Under the pieces are notes generated by a model. The model saw nothing but the letters and a program-made list of their open reading frames with translations. It was not told where the DNA came from and did not search any database. Both the position numbers and the translations under genes were made by a program. This document shows positions 28,248 through 36,642 of a DNA stretch of 64,000 nucleotides, piece after piece; within the stretch, counting starts at the first letter, position 1, and each line of letters begins with the position of its first letter. This DNA is from an uncultured virus (IMG/VR IMGVR_UViG_3300037792_000004) (taxonomy: Duplodnaviria > Heunggongvirae > Uroviricota > Caudoviricetes): the IMG/VR virus record IMGVR_UViG_3300037792_000004; one strand, given 5' to 3'.

Positions 28248-30407
28248 CTAAGACGCGGGCGGCACTTGTTCCGAACGCTCAAAGTCCTCGTGGATCATGT
28301 TGAGTGCCCGGTATTCAGCACCGGCTTGATAGCCGGTCAGCCAGAGCGCATCGGCGTCAGCCAATGGGTTGCCCGTGGCAATACGCTGTTCCAACCTCTT
28401 GGCTCGGTTGAAACGATCTTCGGGGGTGTCTTGGTTCGGCAGGCGCTTGACGTTCACCGGCTGTGCGGGACCGGCTTCCAGCTGCTCCATGACCTTGCGT
28501 TCGGCATCTGTGAGCGGTTTCGGCGTACGCTTTGCCTTGACCGTCGCAGCGGCTTGCATCTTGCTGGTCTCATACTTTTCAGTAGGTTTTGGAAAGCTGA
28601 CCAGCGTGGCATTATGAACATGTGCTGATCGTTGTGCGTCTGCCACTGTGCGCGGTGTGATCCTGCGTTTCTCCCTGCGGATTTCGACCAGCCGTTCTTC
28701 TTCGATCGCTTTCTGTTTTGCGCGAACCTTTTGGATGGTCTCTGCAGGATCCAAGCCCGCCAGATGTGGATTAACCGCTTCCCCGAGATAGGTTTCGCCG
28801 TCCGGATCAAATAACCACAAGCGGCCAAGATCATCGGGATCATGCCGGGCAAGGATCATCGTGCCGGGCAAAACGTCTCCGGTGTAGAAATACTCGCCGT
28901 CCACCCGGACGCCCTGTTTGGTGACTTTGCGCAAACCGTCTTGGCCAGCGATAGGCGCTAGGAGCACATTGAGCGCTTTGGGATCGTTGATCGCTTGGAT
29001 AGGGCCTGTGTAAGCCTGGGCTACCTCAAACGGTGTCTTGCGTTTCAGTCCCTCATGCGGGGTATGGGCATAGCGCTCTTCAGCCCACTTGTCTGCGCGC
29101 TCTTGAAGGTCCTTGGCGGTCAGCTCAACATTGAAAAGCTTAGCGTCATCGGTTCCAAGACGGGCCGAAAATGATTTGCGCGCTTCAATGACCTTGCGGT
29201 CAGAAACTGAGTGCCCAATGAAGCCCGGTTGGACCGCTGCGAAGTCCCTTTGAAACGTGCCAATGACGCGCTCAACAGTGCCTTTTTGCTCGGGGCTGTA
29301 AGGCGAAGATAGATCGTGTTCAATTCCGAGCGCATCCAACAACCGGACGATGGACTTTGCCTTAAAGTCCGAGCCGTTATCACTCTTGATAGTTTCAGGA
29401 ACGCCCCAGGCGAGTATCCCTTTTCTGATCAGCAACCCGACCGCATCGGCCCGAGGTGTTTTGGTAACGAGAATGATCACGCGCCGGGAATAAAGATCAA
29501 TCGCCGCGTATATGTTCATACGCCCGTCAACCGTCATGACATCGGACGGGGAGGCGTCGATCTCCCACTTCTGATTAAGGCGCTCCATTCGGTTTGCACC
29601 GCTGGCAACAAACCGGACCTTGGATTTGTAGGCGTCCGGGTCCGTTATCTTGAGGAGCACGTTTGCGTCCTCTTTAAGCCAGTTTTTAAGAGCGTTTTGA
29701 AACGTCCTTAAAGCGGGCATCGGGACACGTTCTGTTCGGCCCTTGCGCTTTACGCTGACCATTGAACCAAACTCTTTTTCCGCTGCATCAAGGATATGCT
29801 GAGCGCTGAAAAACTGGTTTGAAGCATAGACCGCAAGACAATAGGCCCGGAGCCTTCCGTCTTCGGCTCTGTCAAGCACACCGGTACCCTTGCGGGCATT
29901 GGCGGGATCATAGGCTAGGCGGTTCAGATCTTTGCGGGCATCACTGCGCCAGCGGTGCATGGTGCGGGTGGAGATCTTCTTTACATGCTCAAGAACCCAT
30001 TCGGGGAGCGGCACCTTGCCGTCTTCAAACAGCTGGCAGAAGAGATGATCAGACCCCGACGCACCTAGGCCACTGGTCTTGCGGAAACGGTTCGCAACCT
30101 TAAGCAAGATCAACCGGGCATCGCGGGTGCTAAGTTCGCGGCGGTTCAATTCGTTGGTGGTTTCAGTTTCGTAGTCTTCGCGCTCAACCCGAACAAAGGT
30201 CCCGGCATATTCAAGGCGCTGTGCAAGCGGCAGGAGGTCGATATGGTATTCCATACCTCCGCCGCCCTCACGGCCCTCACGCTTGCGCGCTAGCTCGCTG
30301 GAGGCCCATTTTTCCCGGTCCGCAAATTTCTGGACGCCATATTTACTGGCGGGGAAGCCAACAAGCTTGAGGTCGGCGATCTCCTGAGCTGTGAGCCAGA
30401 GTTTCAT
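28248..30407 (-). CDS. MuA-like DDE transposase
   Basis: N-terminal HTH_Mu (WLTAQEIA), WEIDASPSD, SDNGSDF, KGTVER catalytic D-D-E, C-terminal RHDPDDLG. Confidence 0.96.
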   Translation of the reverse strand: MKLWLTAQEIADLKLVGFPASKYGVQKFADREKWASSELARKREGREGGGGMEYHIDLLPLAQRLEYAGTFVRVEREDYETETTNELNRRELSTRDARLILLKVANRFRKTSGLGASGSDHLFCQLFEDGKVPLPEWVLEHVKKISTRTMHRWRSDARKDLNRLAYDPANARKGTGVLDRAEDGRLRAYCLAVYASNQFFSAQHILDAAEKEFGSMVSVKRKGRTERVPMPALRTFQNALKNWLKEDANVLLKITDPDAYKSKVRFVASGANRMERLNQKWEIDASPSDVMTVDGRMNIYAAIDLYSRRVIILVTKTPRADAVGLLIRKGILAWGVPETIKSDNGSDFKAKSIVRLLDALGIEHDLSSPYSPEQKGTVERVIGTFQRDFAAVQPGFIGHSVSDRKVIEARKSFSARLGTDDAKLFNVELTAKDLQERADKWAEERYAHTPHEGLKRKTPFEVAQAYTGPIQAINDPKALNVLLAPIAGQDGLRKVTKQGVRVDGEYFYTGDVLPGTMILARHDPDDLGRLWLFDPDGETYLGEAVNPHLAGLDPAETIQKVRAKQKAIEEERLVEIRREKRRITPRTVADAQRSAHVHNATLVSFPKPTEKYETSKMQAAATVKAKRTPKPLTDAERKVMEQLEAGPAQPVNVKRLPNQDTPEDRFNRAKRLEQRIATGNPLADADALWLTGYQAGAEYRALNMIHEDFERSEQVPPAS

Positions 30408-30868
30408 AGCGCCCCCCGGATCTTCGCCTTGAGGGTTTTTTCCTGCTGTTCAAGCAGCTCTTTGCGGTCCTTGATAAAAGCCAGCGTAATGACGTTTTCA
30501 TACTTGGCCGGAACAACTTTCAGATCGAAGTGATCCGCCAAGAAGCCAAGTAGTTCTCTCTGTCCGGTGCCATGGATTAGAGCTACAAACCGTTCGACCG
30601 TGATGTTGTTGTCGGTCTTCGACTCACTGGCGTAGGCGTCGAGCGTTGCTGTGGTAACCTTGTGACCAAGGCGCTCGCTCATGGCGGCGGCGATTTCTTG
30701 GCGGCTTTTGCCGCAGTCCTTCAATGCCTTTGCAACCGCCCGACTGATGCGGGAAGAAAGGCGGTTACCTTGGATGGCATTGGGCTCAAAACCAACCGTC
30801 ACCTTGGGCGGGGTCCAGTTGAACAGATCCGGAGTGATCGTATCTTTGGGGGGGCGACCTCTACGCAT
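30404..30868 (-). CDS. Putative phage regulatory / DNA-binding protein
   Basis: SRQEIAAAMSERLG...LDAYASES; coupled to the transposase. Confidence 0.7.
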   Translation of the reverse strand: MRRGRPPKDTITPDLFNWTPPKVTVGFEPNAIQGNRLSSRISRAVAKALKDCGKSRQEIAAAMSERLGHKVTTATLDAYASESKTDNNITVERFVALIHGTGQRELLGFLADHFDLKVVPAKYENVITLAFIKDRKELLEQQEKTLKAKIRGAL

Positions 30869-31700
30869 CGAGCCAGCCCTCCCTCTGGACCAATTCAATG
30901 ATCTCTTTCTTGTGGGCGCGGAAGACGGTGAATTTGGCGGCTTTTGAAAGCTTTGGGAGGATGTCTCTTACCCGTTGAAGCTTTTTCTCACCGTCGCTTT
31001 CTGGCTTCTTGCCCGAGACCATGAACTTGGCATCGGCAATGGACCCGGCTTTTGGCTCTTGTCCAAGGACGAGGTCTAGAACCTTTGCCTGGGCAGTTGC
31101 ATCAAGTTCGGCGAGCGCCTTCAGATCGGACTGTTTCTCAGCAAAGGGTGTGCCCTTCAAAGCCTCGCGTGATGCTGGGGCAAGGCCTTCAAAAATCTGT
31201 ACTGCGAGTTCGACAGAACGGCGGGATAGCCCTGTGGTGTCGGCAGCGTTTTGGCAAAACGCAAAAATTGCGACTTGATCTTCAGTCTTCTTTTTTGCGG
31301 CGTGGCTTTTCCGATCCCCGCCATGTTTTGTTTGCGGGTGAAGTGTCTGATAAACGCGCTTCAACTCCGTGAGCGCCTCACAGCGTTCCAGCGCGTTGAA
31401 GTTCTTCCGGCCAAGATTTTCGAGGATCTCATGCAGCCGCATTTCTTCGGCTGGTTGATCGGTGGCCGGGACCAATATGCGGCAGCTGATTTGTTTCCAG
31501 TTCAGGATCTTTGCCGCTTCAAGGCGATGCCCGCCCGCAACCAAGCGGAACCGATCCCCGGTGACTTCCACATCTATGGGTGTTTTGTGGCCTGTCTCTT
31601 TGAACATACCGGCTAGGGTCTTTGCCCAATCCGGATCAATGTCACGCAAGCGACCGGCAGGAATATCGATTAGGTCAATTTTGATCTTTTTGTCGGCCAT
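30861..31700 (-). CDS. ParB N-terminal domain protein
   Basis: LVAGGHRLEAA, ENLGR, HGGDRKS, HTH. Confidence 0.9.
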   Translation of the reverse strand: MADKKIKIDLIDIPAGRLRDIDPDWAKTLAGMFKETGHKTPIDVEVTGDRFRLVAGGHRLEAAKILNWKQISCRILVPATDQPAEEMRLHEILENLGRKNFNALERCEALTELKRVYQTLHPQTKHGGDRKSHAAKKKTEDQVAIFAFCQNAADTTGLSRRSVELAVQIFEGLAPASREALKGTPFAEKQSDLKALAELDATAQAKVLDLVLGQEPKAGSIADAKFMVSGKKPESDGEKKLQRVRDILPKLSKAAKFTVFRAHKKEIIELVQREGWLDA

Positions 31701-31832
31701 GTGAAATACCTTTCAAAGCCGTTGAAAAGACCGGGCGGCAGGAGCGACCCGTAAGTCCGCCCGGTAAGTTTTAGGGAGGATGTGACGTCCATCTCAGGAC
31801 GCCCCAAAAAGCGGCAGCGCCGCATCCCACCA

Positions 31833-32147
31833 CTACGCAGGTGGCGCGTTTCCCGGCTCTTGCGGATGTGCGGTGCAAGGTCCGGAAACCAGATGTTTTG
31901 ATAGGGTTGAAACTTCCCAAGGTGCTCCGCCGATGCCGCAGTTGTTCAGCAACCTTGCTAGAGCTGCCGGGAGCGGACGGCTGATGTACCCGTACGCCTC
32001 TTTCGGCGAGTGGCTTGTCTGAGCAACCAACACGACATCGCCTGACGCTGTTTCGCTGGGGTTCAGCTCGCCAGTGAAGAAATATCGCCGACCAGAGGCC
32101 GAAACCTTTGTCAGGATAAATTCAGTGGGGAGACAAAAGGCTGTCAT
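31833..32147 (-). CDS. Hypothetical protein
   Basis: 104 aa starting directly after the ner stop. Confidence 0.5.
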   Translation of the reverse strand: MTAFCLPTEFILTKVSASGRRYFFTGELNPSETASGDVVLVAQTSHSPKEAYGYISRPLPAALARLLNNCGIGGAPWEVSTLSKHLVSGPCTAHPQEPGNAPPA

Positions 32148-32459
32148 TTAAGCCGCCTTTTTGTCTGGCGCAGCTGTGGCTTTTTGCCTAGCGCGCTGAC
32201 CATCGTGTTTGCTAGAAAGGATCTTGGCAGTCCGCTTCGGATAGCGGTCCTTGAAAAGGACTTCTTTCGGAATGCCGAGAAATTCGGCTATTGCCTGTTC
32301 GGCGGGTGCAGTGTGACGTTTCCAAACGTGCGAGAATGCACTGGGCGTCCTGCCTTTTGATCTGGCAAGTTGTGCCAGTGTCATGCCTCGACGATGGAGC
32401 TCAGCTTTGATCGAATGCTGATCCCAGTCGTCTTTTGGTACCTGTTTGGTCGTTGCCAT
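32148..32459 (-). CDS. ner: Ner-like (Cro-equivalent) regulator
   Basis: WDQHSIKAELHRRGMTLAQLA...EQAIAEFLG...LFKDRY; divergent from the repressor. Confidence 0.88.
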   Translation of the reverse strand: MATTKQVPKDDWDQHSIKAELHRRGMTLAQLARSKGRTPSAFSHVWKRHTAPAEQAIAEFLGIPKEVLFKDRYPKRTAKILSSKHDGQRARQKATAAPDKKAA

Positions 32460-32559
32460 CGGGTGCCTTTCTGGAAGGCGGCTTGTTGCAGCAAGCCGCT
32501 TTCTTTGGACTTGGTTTGTAAACAAAACGGCTCAACATGTTGGTCCGTTAAGATGGGAG

Positions 32560-32610
32560 TTTACATAAAATTTGGATTTATTCAACGGATAAATCCGAAA
32601 ATAATGTAAA
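32560..32610. promoter_or_regulatory. Immunity-region inverted repeat (operator / divergent promoters)
   Basis: TTTACATAAAATTTGGATTTAT-7 nt-ATAAATCCGAAAATAATGTAAA, AT-rich, between ner and c. Confidence 0.65.
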
Positions 32611-32616
32611 TAGGAA

Positions 32617-33084
32617 ATGGCCAGACCAGCAAAGCCAAAAACCGATATAGCTAAAAGACTTATAGAGTTTCGAGGGGGAATTAGTCGGGACGATTTTGCT
32701 CAGTCTGTTGAGGTAATACCCGGAACTTATGCAAATTATGAAAGAGGCGACTCTGAGCCCAACAGTGTCGTTCTACAAAAGTTGGCTAGTGTGCACGGCA
32801 TGAATATTCACTGGCTAATGACAGGAACCGGCTCAATGCGTGTCGGTGAAGGTGTCAAAGTAGATGACACCAACATGGCGCATGTCAGGAAAGTAGTGCA
32901 GAACATCGCCTACTTCACCGCAGGGCAAGGCCTGCGACGAATGAAACCCGATGCATATTCAGAACACTTTTTAGAGCTGTTCGACTACCTTATGACGCTC
33001 GACGACTATGACGAAAAGTCTGCTGAGAAGGTGATTGAATTTGGCTCTGAACGACTGAAGCGAGCATTCGGTCAAGCCGACTAA
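32617..33084 (+). CDS. Prophage repressor (XRE HTH)
   Basis: SRDDFAQSVEVIPGTYANYERGDSEP...NIHWLMTGTG; divergent from ner. Confidence 0.88.
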   Translation: MARPAKPKTDIAKRLIEFRGGISRDDFAQSVEVIPGTYANYERGDSEPNSVVLQKLASVHGMNIHWLMTGTGSMRVGEGVKVDDTNMAHVRKVVQNIAYFTAGQGLRRMKPDAYSEHFLELFDYLMTLDDYDEKSAEKVIEFGSERLKRAFGQAD

Positions 33085-33598
33085 CCAGATCGTGGTAAGG
33101 CGGGCTTTCGTAGCCGATTTCAGGTATGTTGTAGCCGACTATCGTCCGCGATCTATAGACTGAGGCGCGCCAACCCAACGCGGTGTAAAAACGCCGATAC
33201 GGGTTCTCACGAAATGCCCAAATGCATGCAGGCCACAAGTCCCGTTCAAACATGCTTGTCGCCAGTCCTCGCATTAGGGCAGGACCACTCATTCCGCCGC
33301 GAAATTCTGGCAGGATGTAACCCGCATGCATCTCTCCAACCGCTGGAATGTCGGAGTCGTGATTTGGCTTGGACAGAGCGAAACCAACAACTGATTGATC
33401 GTTGGTTAGGACCAATAGTGTTTCATCGTCCGGTTGCTCTTCAAACCATCGTTGCCACTGCTTCAAACGAAAGTGACGAGACCTGGCTTGATGCACTTCC
33501 TCAGGCATAAAAGAGTAGACTTCGCGCCAGCAAAGGCTATGTATCTCAGAAATTGTATCTGCGTCAGAATGTATACCATTACGAATATTCATTGACAT
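32990..33598 (-). CDS. GNAT family N-acetyltransferase
   Basis: VVGFA, YILPEFRGGMSG (motif A), WAFRENPYRRFYTALGW (motif B). Confidence 0.88.
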   Translation of the reverse strand: MSMNIRNGIHSDADTISEIHSLCWREVYSFMPEEVHQARSRHFRLKQWQRWFEEQPDDETLLVLTNDQSVVGFALSKPNHDSDIPAVGEMHAGYILPEFRGGMSGPALMRGLATSMFERDLWPACIWAFRENPYRRFYTALGWRASVYRSRTIVGYNIPEIGYESPPYHDLVSRLDRMLASVVQSQIQSPSQQTFRHSRRAS

Positions 33599-33652
33599 GA
33601 AATAGCTCCTAGGTTGTAGTCACTTACCACTACCATCAGAAGCTATTCATCA

Positions 33653-34030
33653 ATGATTGACCAGCATTTTCAAAACGCCCTAATGAGTGTGAATACCCAA
33701 AAGAGAGTTTGGATCAAACGCATCTCTTTGCTTGCGATCATTATAGCAGCGGCCTTCGTCGGCTTGGTGTCTGCCGGGCATCTTCAGACGATGAGTACGC
33801 AATCAAAATTGGATGATGAAGCTTTAGGGAAGCTTGCAGCCTTCGCTGCCTGCAGCTCCGGTCAATTGCCCACAGTCGAGTGGGACCGAGCCCAAAAAAG
33901 TGTGTCTATGTTTGAATACCTTTTTGGACAGTCGCGCCTTGCAATGGCTCACTACTTTTTAACGATCATCGACACTCGTAAGTGCACTGGAGCGCAGACC
34001 GCGCGCGCCCAAAACCACAACCGGGTATAG
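33653..34030 (+). CDS. Small single-pass membrane protein, unknown function
   Basis: 125 aa; KRISLLAIIIAAAFVGLV TM; two Cys in the extracytoplasmic part. Confidence 0.65.
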   Translation: MIDQHFQNALMSVNTQKRVWIKRISLLAIIIAAAFVGLVSAGHLQTMSTQSKLDDEALGKLAAFAACSSGQLPTVEWDRAQKSVSMFEYLFGQSRLAMAHYFLTIIDTRKCTGAQTARAQNHNRV

Positions 34031-34714
34031 TTCTGAACGTCGCCAAGCAATGATCGATTCCGTCTTGCTAAAGAGGGTGGTCGAATTTCCCTCAATGCTT
34101 TTATTTATCAACGGTAAGCTCAACACGTGGTTCGGAATATCCGCAGCTGGCGGAAACGAGGCAATAATCGAGCCGTCTTCACGCATCAGTGCAGAAACAC
34201 AATCAAAGCATCGCCCCTCTTCGTGAATAAGGAAATGCGGAGATACGATTGCAGCTATGACGTAGTCACCGACTTGCTTTGATACTGGCAAAAAAGGGAC
34301 GCCCGAAGTTCGTCCCTTTTGCGTGGCCCCAATGTGCAGACCAAGTCTCGATCGGGCTGCAATGACATACTCTCTGTCACCCAAGTGAAGTGTCGGCGTA
34401 GGATACGTGTAACTATCAACAGCAAGGTTGCCTAACCCATTGATTGCAATAACCGCGCGCACGCCTGGTAGGCGTTCAGCTATCTCGCGGAATTCCTCAT
34501 GGATAACTCGATCATTGTTAGTGATCTTTAGGGCATATCCCGCTGTGTCTAAGGCGTGGTCTATGGCCAACAGAACCCGTTCTGCCGAAAGACGATTTAA
34601 AGCGACCGTAGTGCGCACCTCGCGCATCAATTCTTGTGGCACCACAGTTTGAGACAATGCCTCTCCGCTCAACGCAGCGAGACATGCAAAGAACAACCCG
34701 ATGATTTTTCGCAC
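33959..34714 (-). CDS. Stand-alone secreted Cache/PDC sensor-domain protein
   Basis: Signal peptide (RKIIGLFFACLAALSGEALS), LGDREY and GRTSGVPFLPVS dCache-like motifs; no second TM or output domain. Confidence 0.72.
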   Translation of the reverse strand: MRKIIGLFFACLAALSGEALSQTVVPQELMREVRTTVALNRLSAERVLLAIDHALDTAGYALKITNNDRVIHEEFREIAERLPGVRAVIAINGLGNLAVDSYTYPTPTLHLGDREYVIAARSRLGLHIGATQKGRTSGVPFLPVSKQVGDYVIAAIVSPHFLIHEEGRCFDCVSALMREDGSIIASFPPAADIPNHVLSLPLINKSIEGNSTTLFSKTESIIAWRRSELYPVVVLGARGLRSSALTSVDDR

Positions 34715-35007
34715 CAAAAAACCCTGTACTAGAAAAAGCACAAAATAACCCCGCGGTATGCACCGTATGGATAGGAACGTGAAACAACTGTGAAATGTAG
34801 CGGTAGCCTCAGATAGAAAGTTGCCACCTTAGCCGGACATCACTGCCGCCCAATCACGCTACCTCGGCGGAATTCTGCCAATGTGCTCTTGGTGGCAACT
34901 CCAGAGGAAAACACGGCTAGAGTTGCCACCTCGATTTTGCGCGCCTATTGTTTTCATTAAGTCTTTTCGTTTGGCAAAAATCTCCGCGCCGACTTTCCAG
35001 AGCCTTT

Positions 35008-35134
35008 GTGCCATATGAAGTTGCGCGGCTGTTTTTGTCGATGTCCCTCGTAAATGGCTTGTTTCCGCCAATTATCGGATATTCCCACTTAATCCCGGAT
35101 ATTGCCTTAGTGCCAAGTGTTCTTGCGCGTTACA
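35008..35134 (-). repeat. Left end (attL) of prophage A: terminal TGTAA plus sites L1 and L2
   Basis: GTGCCAAGTGTTCTTGCGCG (35110-35129) then TTACA; GTGCCATATGAAGTTGCGCG (35008-35027); 82-bp gap. Confidence 0.85.
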
Positions 35135-35178
35135 AGCGCGCAATTTCGTTTGGCAAATCGCGCAACTTCACTTGGCAC
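35135..35178 (+). repeat. Right end (attR) of prophage B: tandem sites R1 and R2, terminal TG missing
   Basis: CGCGCAATTTCGTTTGGCAA (35137-35156) and CGCGCAACTTCACTTGGCAC (35159-35178), inverted relative to L1/L2. Confidence 0.82.
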
Positions 35179-35271
35179 GTAGTTTGACCTGCGTTTTGGG
35201 CCCTAACGCTCCCTTCGTTGCCTAGAACTTTCGCCTGAAGATGGTTCGGTGTTGACAGTACAATTCTTCCA

Positions 35272-36279
35272 ATGGTTTCTGTTCATTTACATTTTAAAGA
35301 GTTACTTCCAAAACTATCTTCGGCGGCTAGCATAATGACAGATCAACAGAAAACTGGGCTTAGAGAAATTCTCGCGGCCGCCATTGAGGAAAAGGACAAA
35401 ACGACCGTTAAAGATCTAGTTTCCTTTGGCCGTTTTTGTGTTGAGGTAGGTCTTTACGATCCTTGGACACTCGAGCCTGGGGGCATGCAAAGCATCCGAG
35501 GCGGAACGGACTTGATACCCAAATATCCAAGATTCTATTGCCCCCACTGCAATGACTTCATGCCATGGCAGACGAGCGGATTAGGCGAAGCAAACGACAT
35601 TATAAACGCTCGAAGACTTGGCGGAGCGGCTAGTATCACTGCACCGTCAAGGCAGAGCGCCATCGTTGTTAATCCGGACGAGAACATAGGCATTAATTAT
35701 CACAATATTGAATGGGTCTGCCGCGGTAACCGAGATCACGTGTTCTCGGTCAACTTGCGGCTTGATGGAAGTACTATTCAAAAGGTTGGGCAATATCCAT
35801 CACACGCCGATTTCTCGATTGCAGAGTATGCTGAACTCAGCAATCAACTCGAAAAGGGTGATAGAAGAGAATTCAACAAAGCACTCGGCCTTTTTGCTCA
35901 TAAAGTCGGAATAGGATCGTTCGTATATCTGCGGAGAATTTTAGAAAACTTGGTTGAACGGCGCTTCCACGAACTCAAGGACAAAAACGAATGGGACGTC
36001 GATGAATTCCGCACCAAAAAAATGGATGATAAAGTCGCATTCCTAAAGGATTATCTACCCGACTACCTAGTCGAAAACAAAATCATATACGGTATTCTAA
36101 GTAAGGGTATCCACGAGTTGGAAGAGCCGATTTGCATTGGTGCGTTTCCGCTTCTTCGCGACGCGATCCTAACCATCCTGCGTGATGACGCCGTCCGGAA
36201 AGCAGAACTGAAGCAACGGAAACAGACCGCCAAGGATCTACAGGCACTTGCTGCTGTTGCGAAAAAGCCACCCAACTAG
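35272..36279 (+). CDS. Hypothetical protein: Zn-ribbon plus DUF4145/HEPN-like C-terminus (moron)
   Basis: CPHC; GSFVYLRRILE...LSKGIHEL; AT-richer, antisense to the phage late genes. Confidence 0.6.
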   Translation: MVSVHLHFKELLPKLSSAASIMTDQQKTGLREILAAAIEEKDKTTVKDLVSFGRFCVEVGLYDPWTLEPGGMQSIRGGTDLIPKYPRFYCPHCNDFMPWQTSGLGEANDIINARRLGGAASITAPSRQSAIVVNPDENIGINYHNIEWVCRGNRDHVFSVNLRLDGSTIQKVGQYPSHADFSIAEYAELSNQLEKGDRREFNKALGLFAHKVGIGSFVYLRRILENLVERRFHELKDKNEWDVDEFRTKKMDDKVAFLKDYLPDYLVENKIIYGILSKGIHELEEPICIGAFPLLRDAILTILRDDAVRKAELKQRKQTAKDLQALAAVAKKPPN

Positions 36280-36413
36280 GCTGCGAACTCCTAATTAGTA
36301 CATCCCCTGCTGGGCGGTTTACCTCGAACACGCGCTATGCCTTGTTTAATTGTGCGAAACCGGTGGAAATGGTCCGGTTGGGCATTTGGTTTTGGCGGAG
36401 GGAGTTCAGGTGG

Positions 36414-36614
36414 TTACAACCGCTCTGACCGTTTCGTCAGGCTCGCCCGCCAATCACCATCAAATCCAAATGTCGGAGCGGGCTTTGGTTCTTGAAACCA
36501 AAAGTCAGTGAAGGCGGCGACATCGGGACAGCAAAACCAGTGTGCTGAGCCATCCGCATCGATCGCCCACCACACTGCATTTTTCGGAGCCTGTTTCCAG
36601 TCGACCTCACCCAT
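36414..36614 (-). CDS. Small Trp-rich phage protein
   Basis: 66 aa VDWKQAPKNAVWWAIDADG...WRASLTKR after the MTase. Confidence 0.7.
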   Translation of the reverse strand: MGEVDWKQAPKNAVWWAIDADGSAHWFCCPDVAAFTDFWFQEPKPAPTFGFDGDWRASLTKRSERL

Positions 36615-36642
36615 GTTTTTCCGCCGCCGTACTGACCGTGAA

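Larger units (their letters stand above)
1..35134 (-). mobile_element. Mu-like transposable prophage A (Mu head, P2-like contractile tail); right end lies outside the window
   Basis: Order from right to left: c, ner, transposase A, ATPase B, gemA, activator, lysin, gp25-29, gpF, protease I, capsid T, gp36, gpG, then V-W-J-I-fibre-sheath-tube-E-TMP. Terminal TGTAA plus a transposase site at 35134. Confidence 0.93.

Noticed and set aside
34800..35180. CRISPR-like array
   Set aside because: Repeats are few, unevenly spaced and in both orientations; they fit Mu end architecture.
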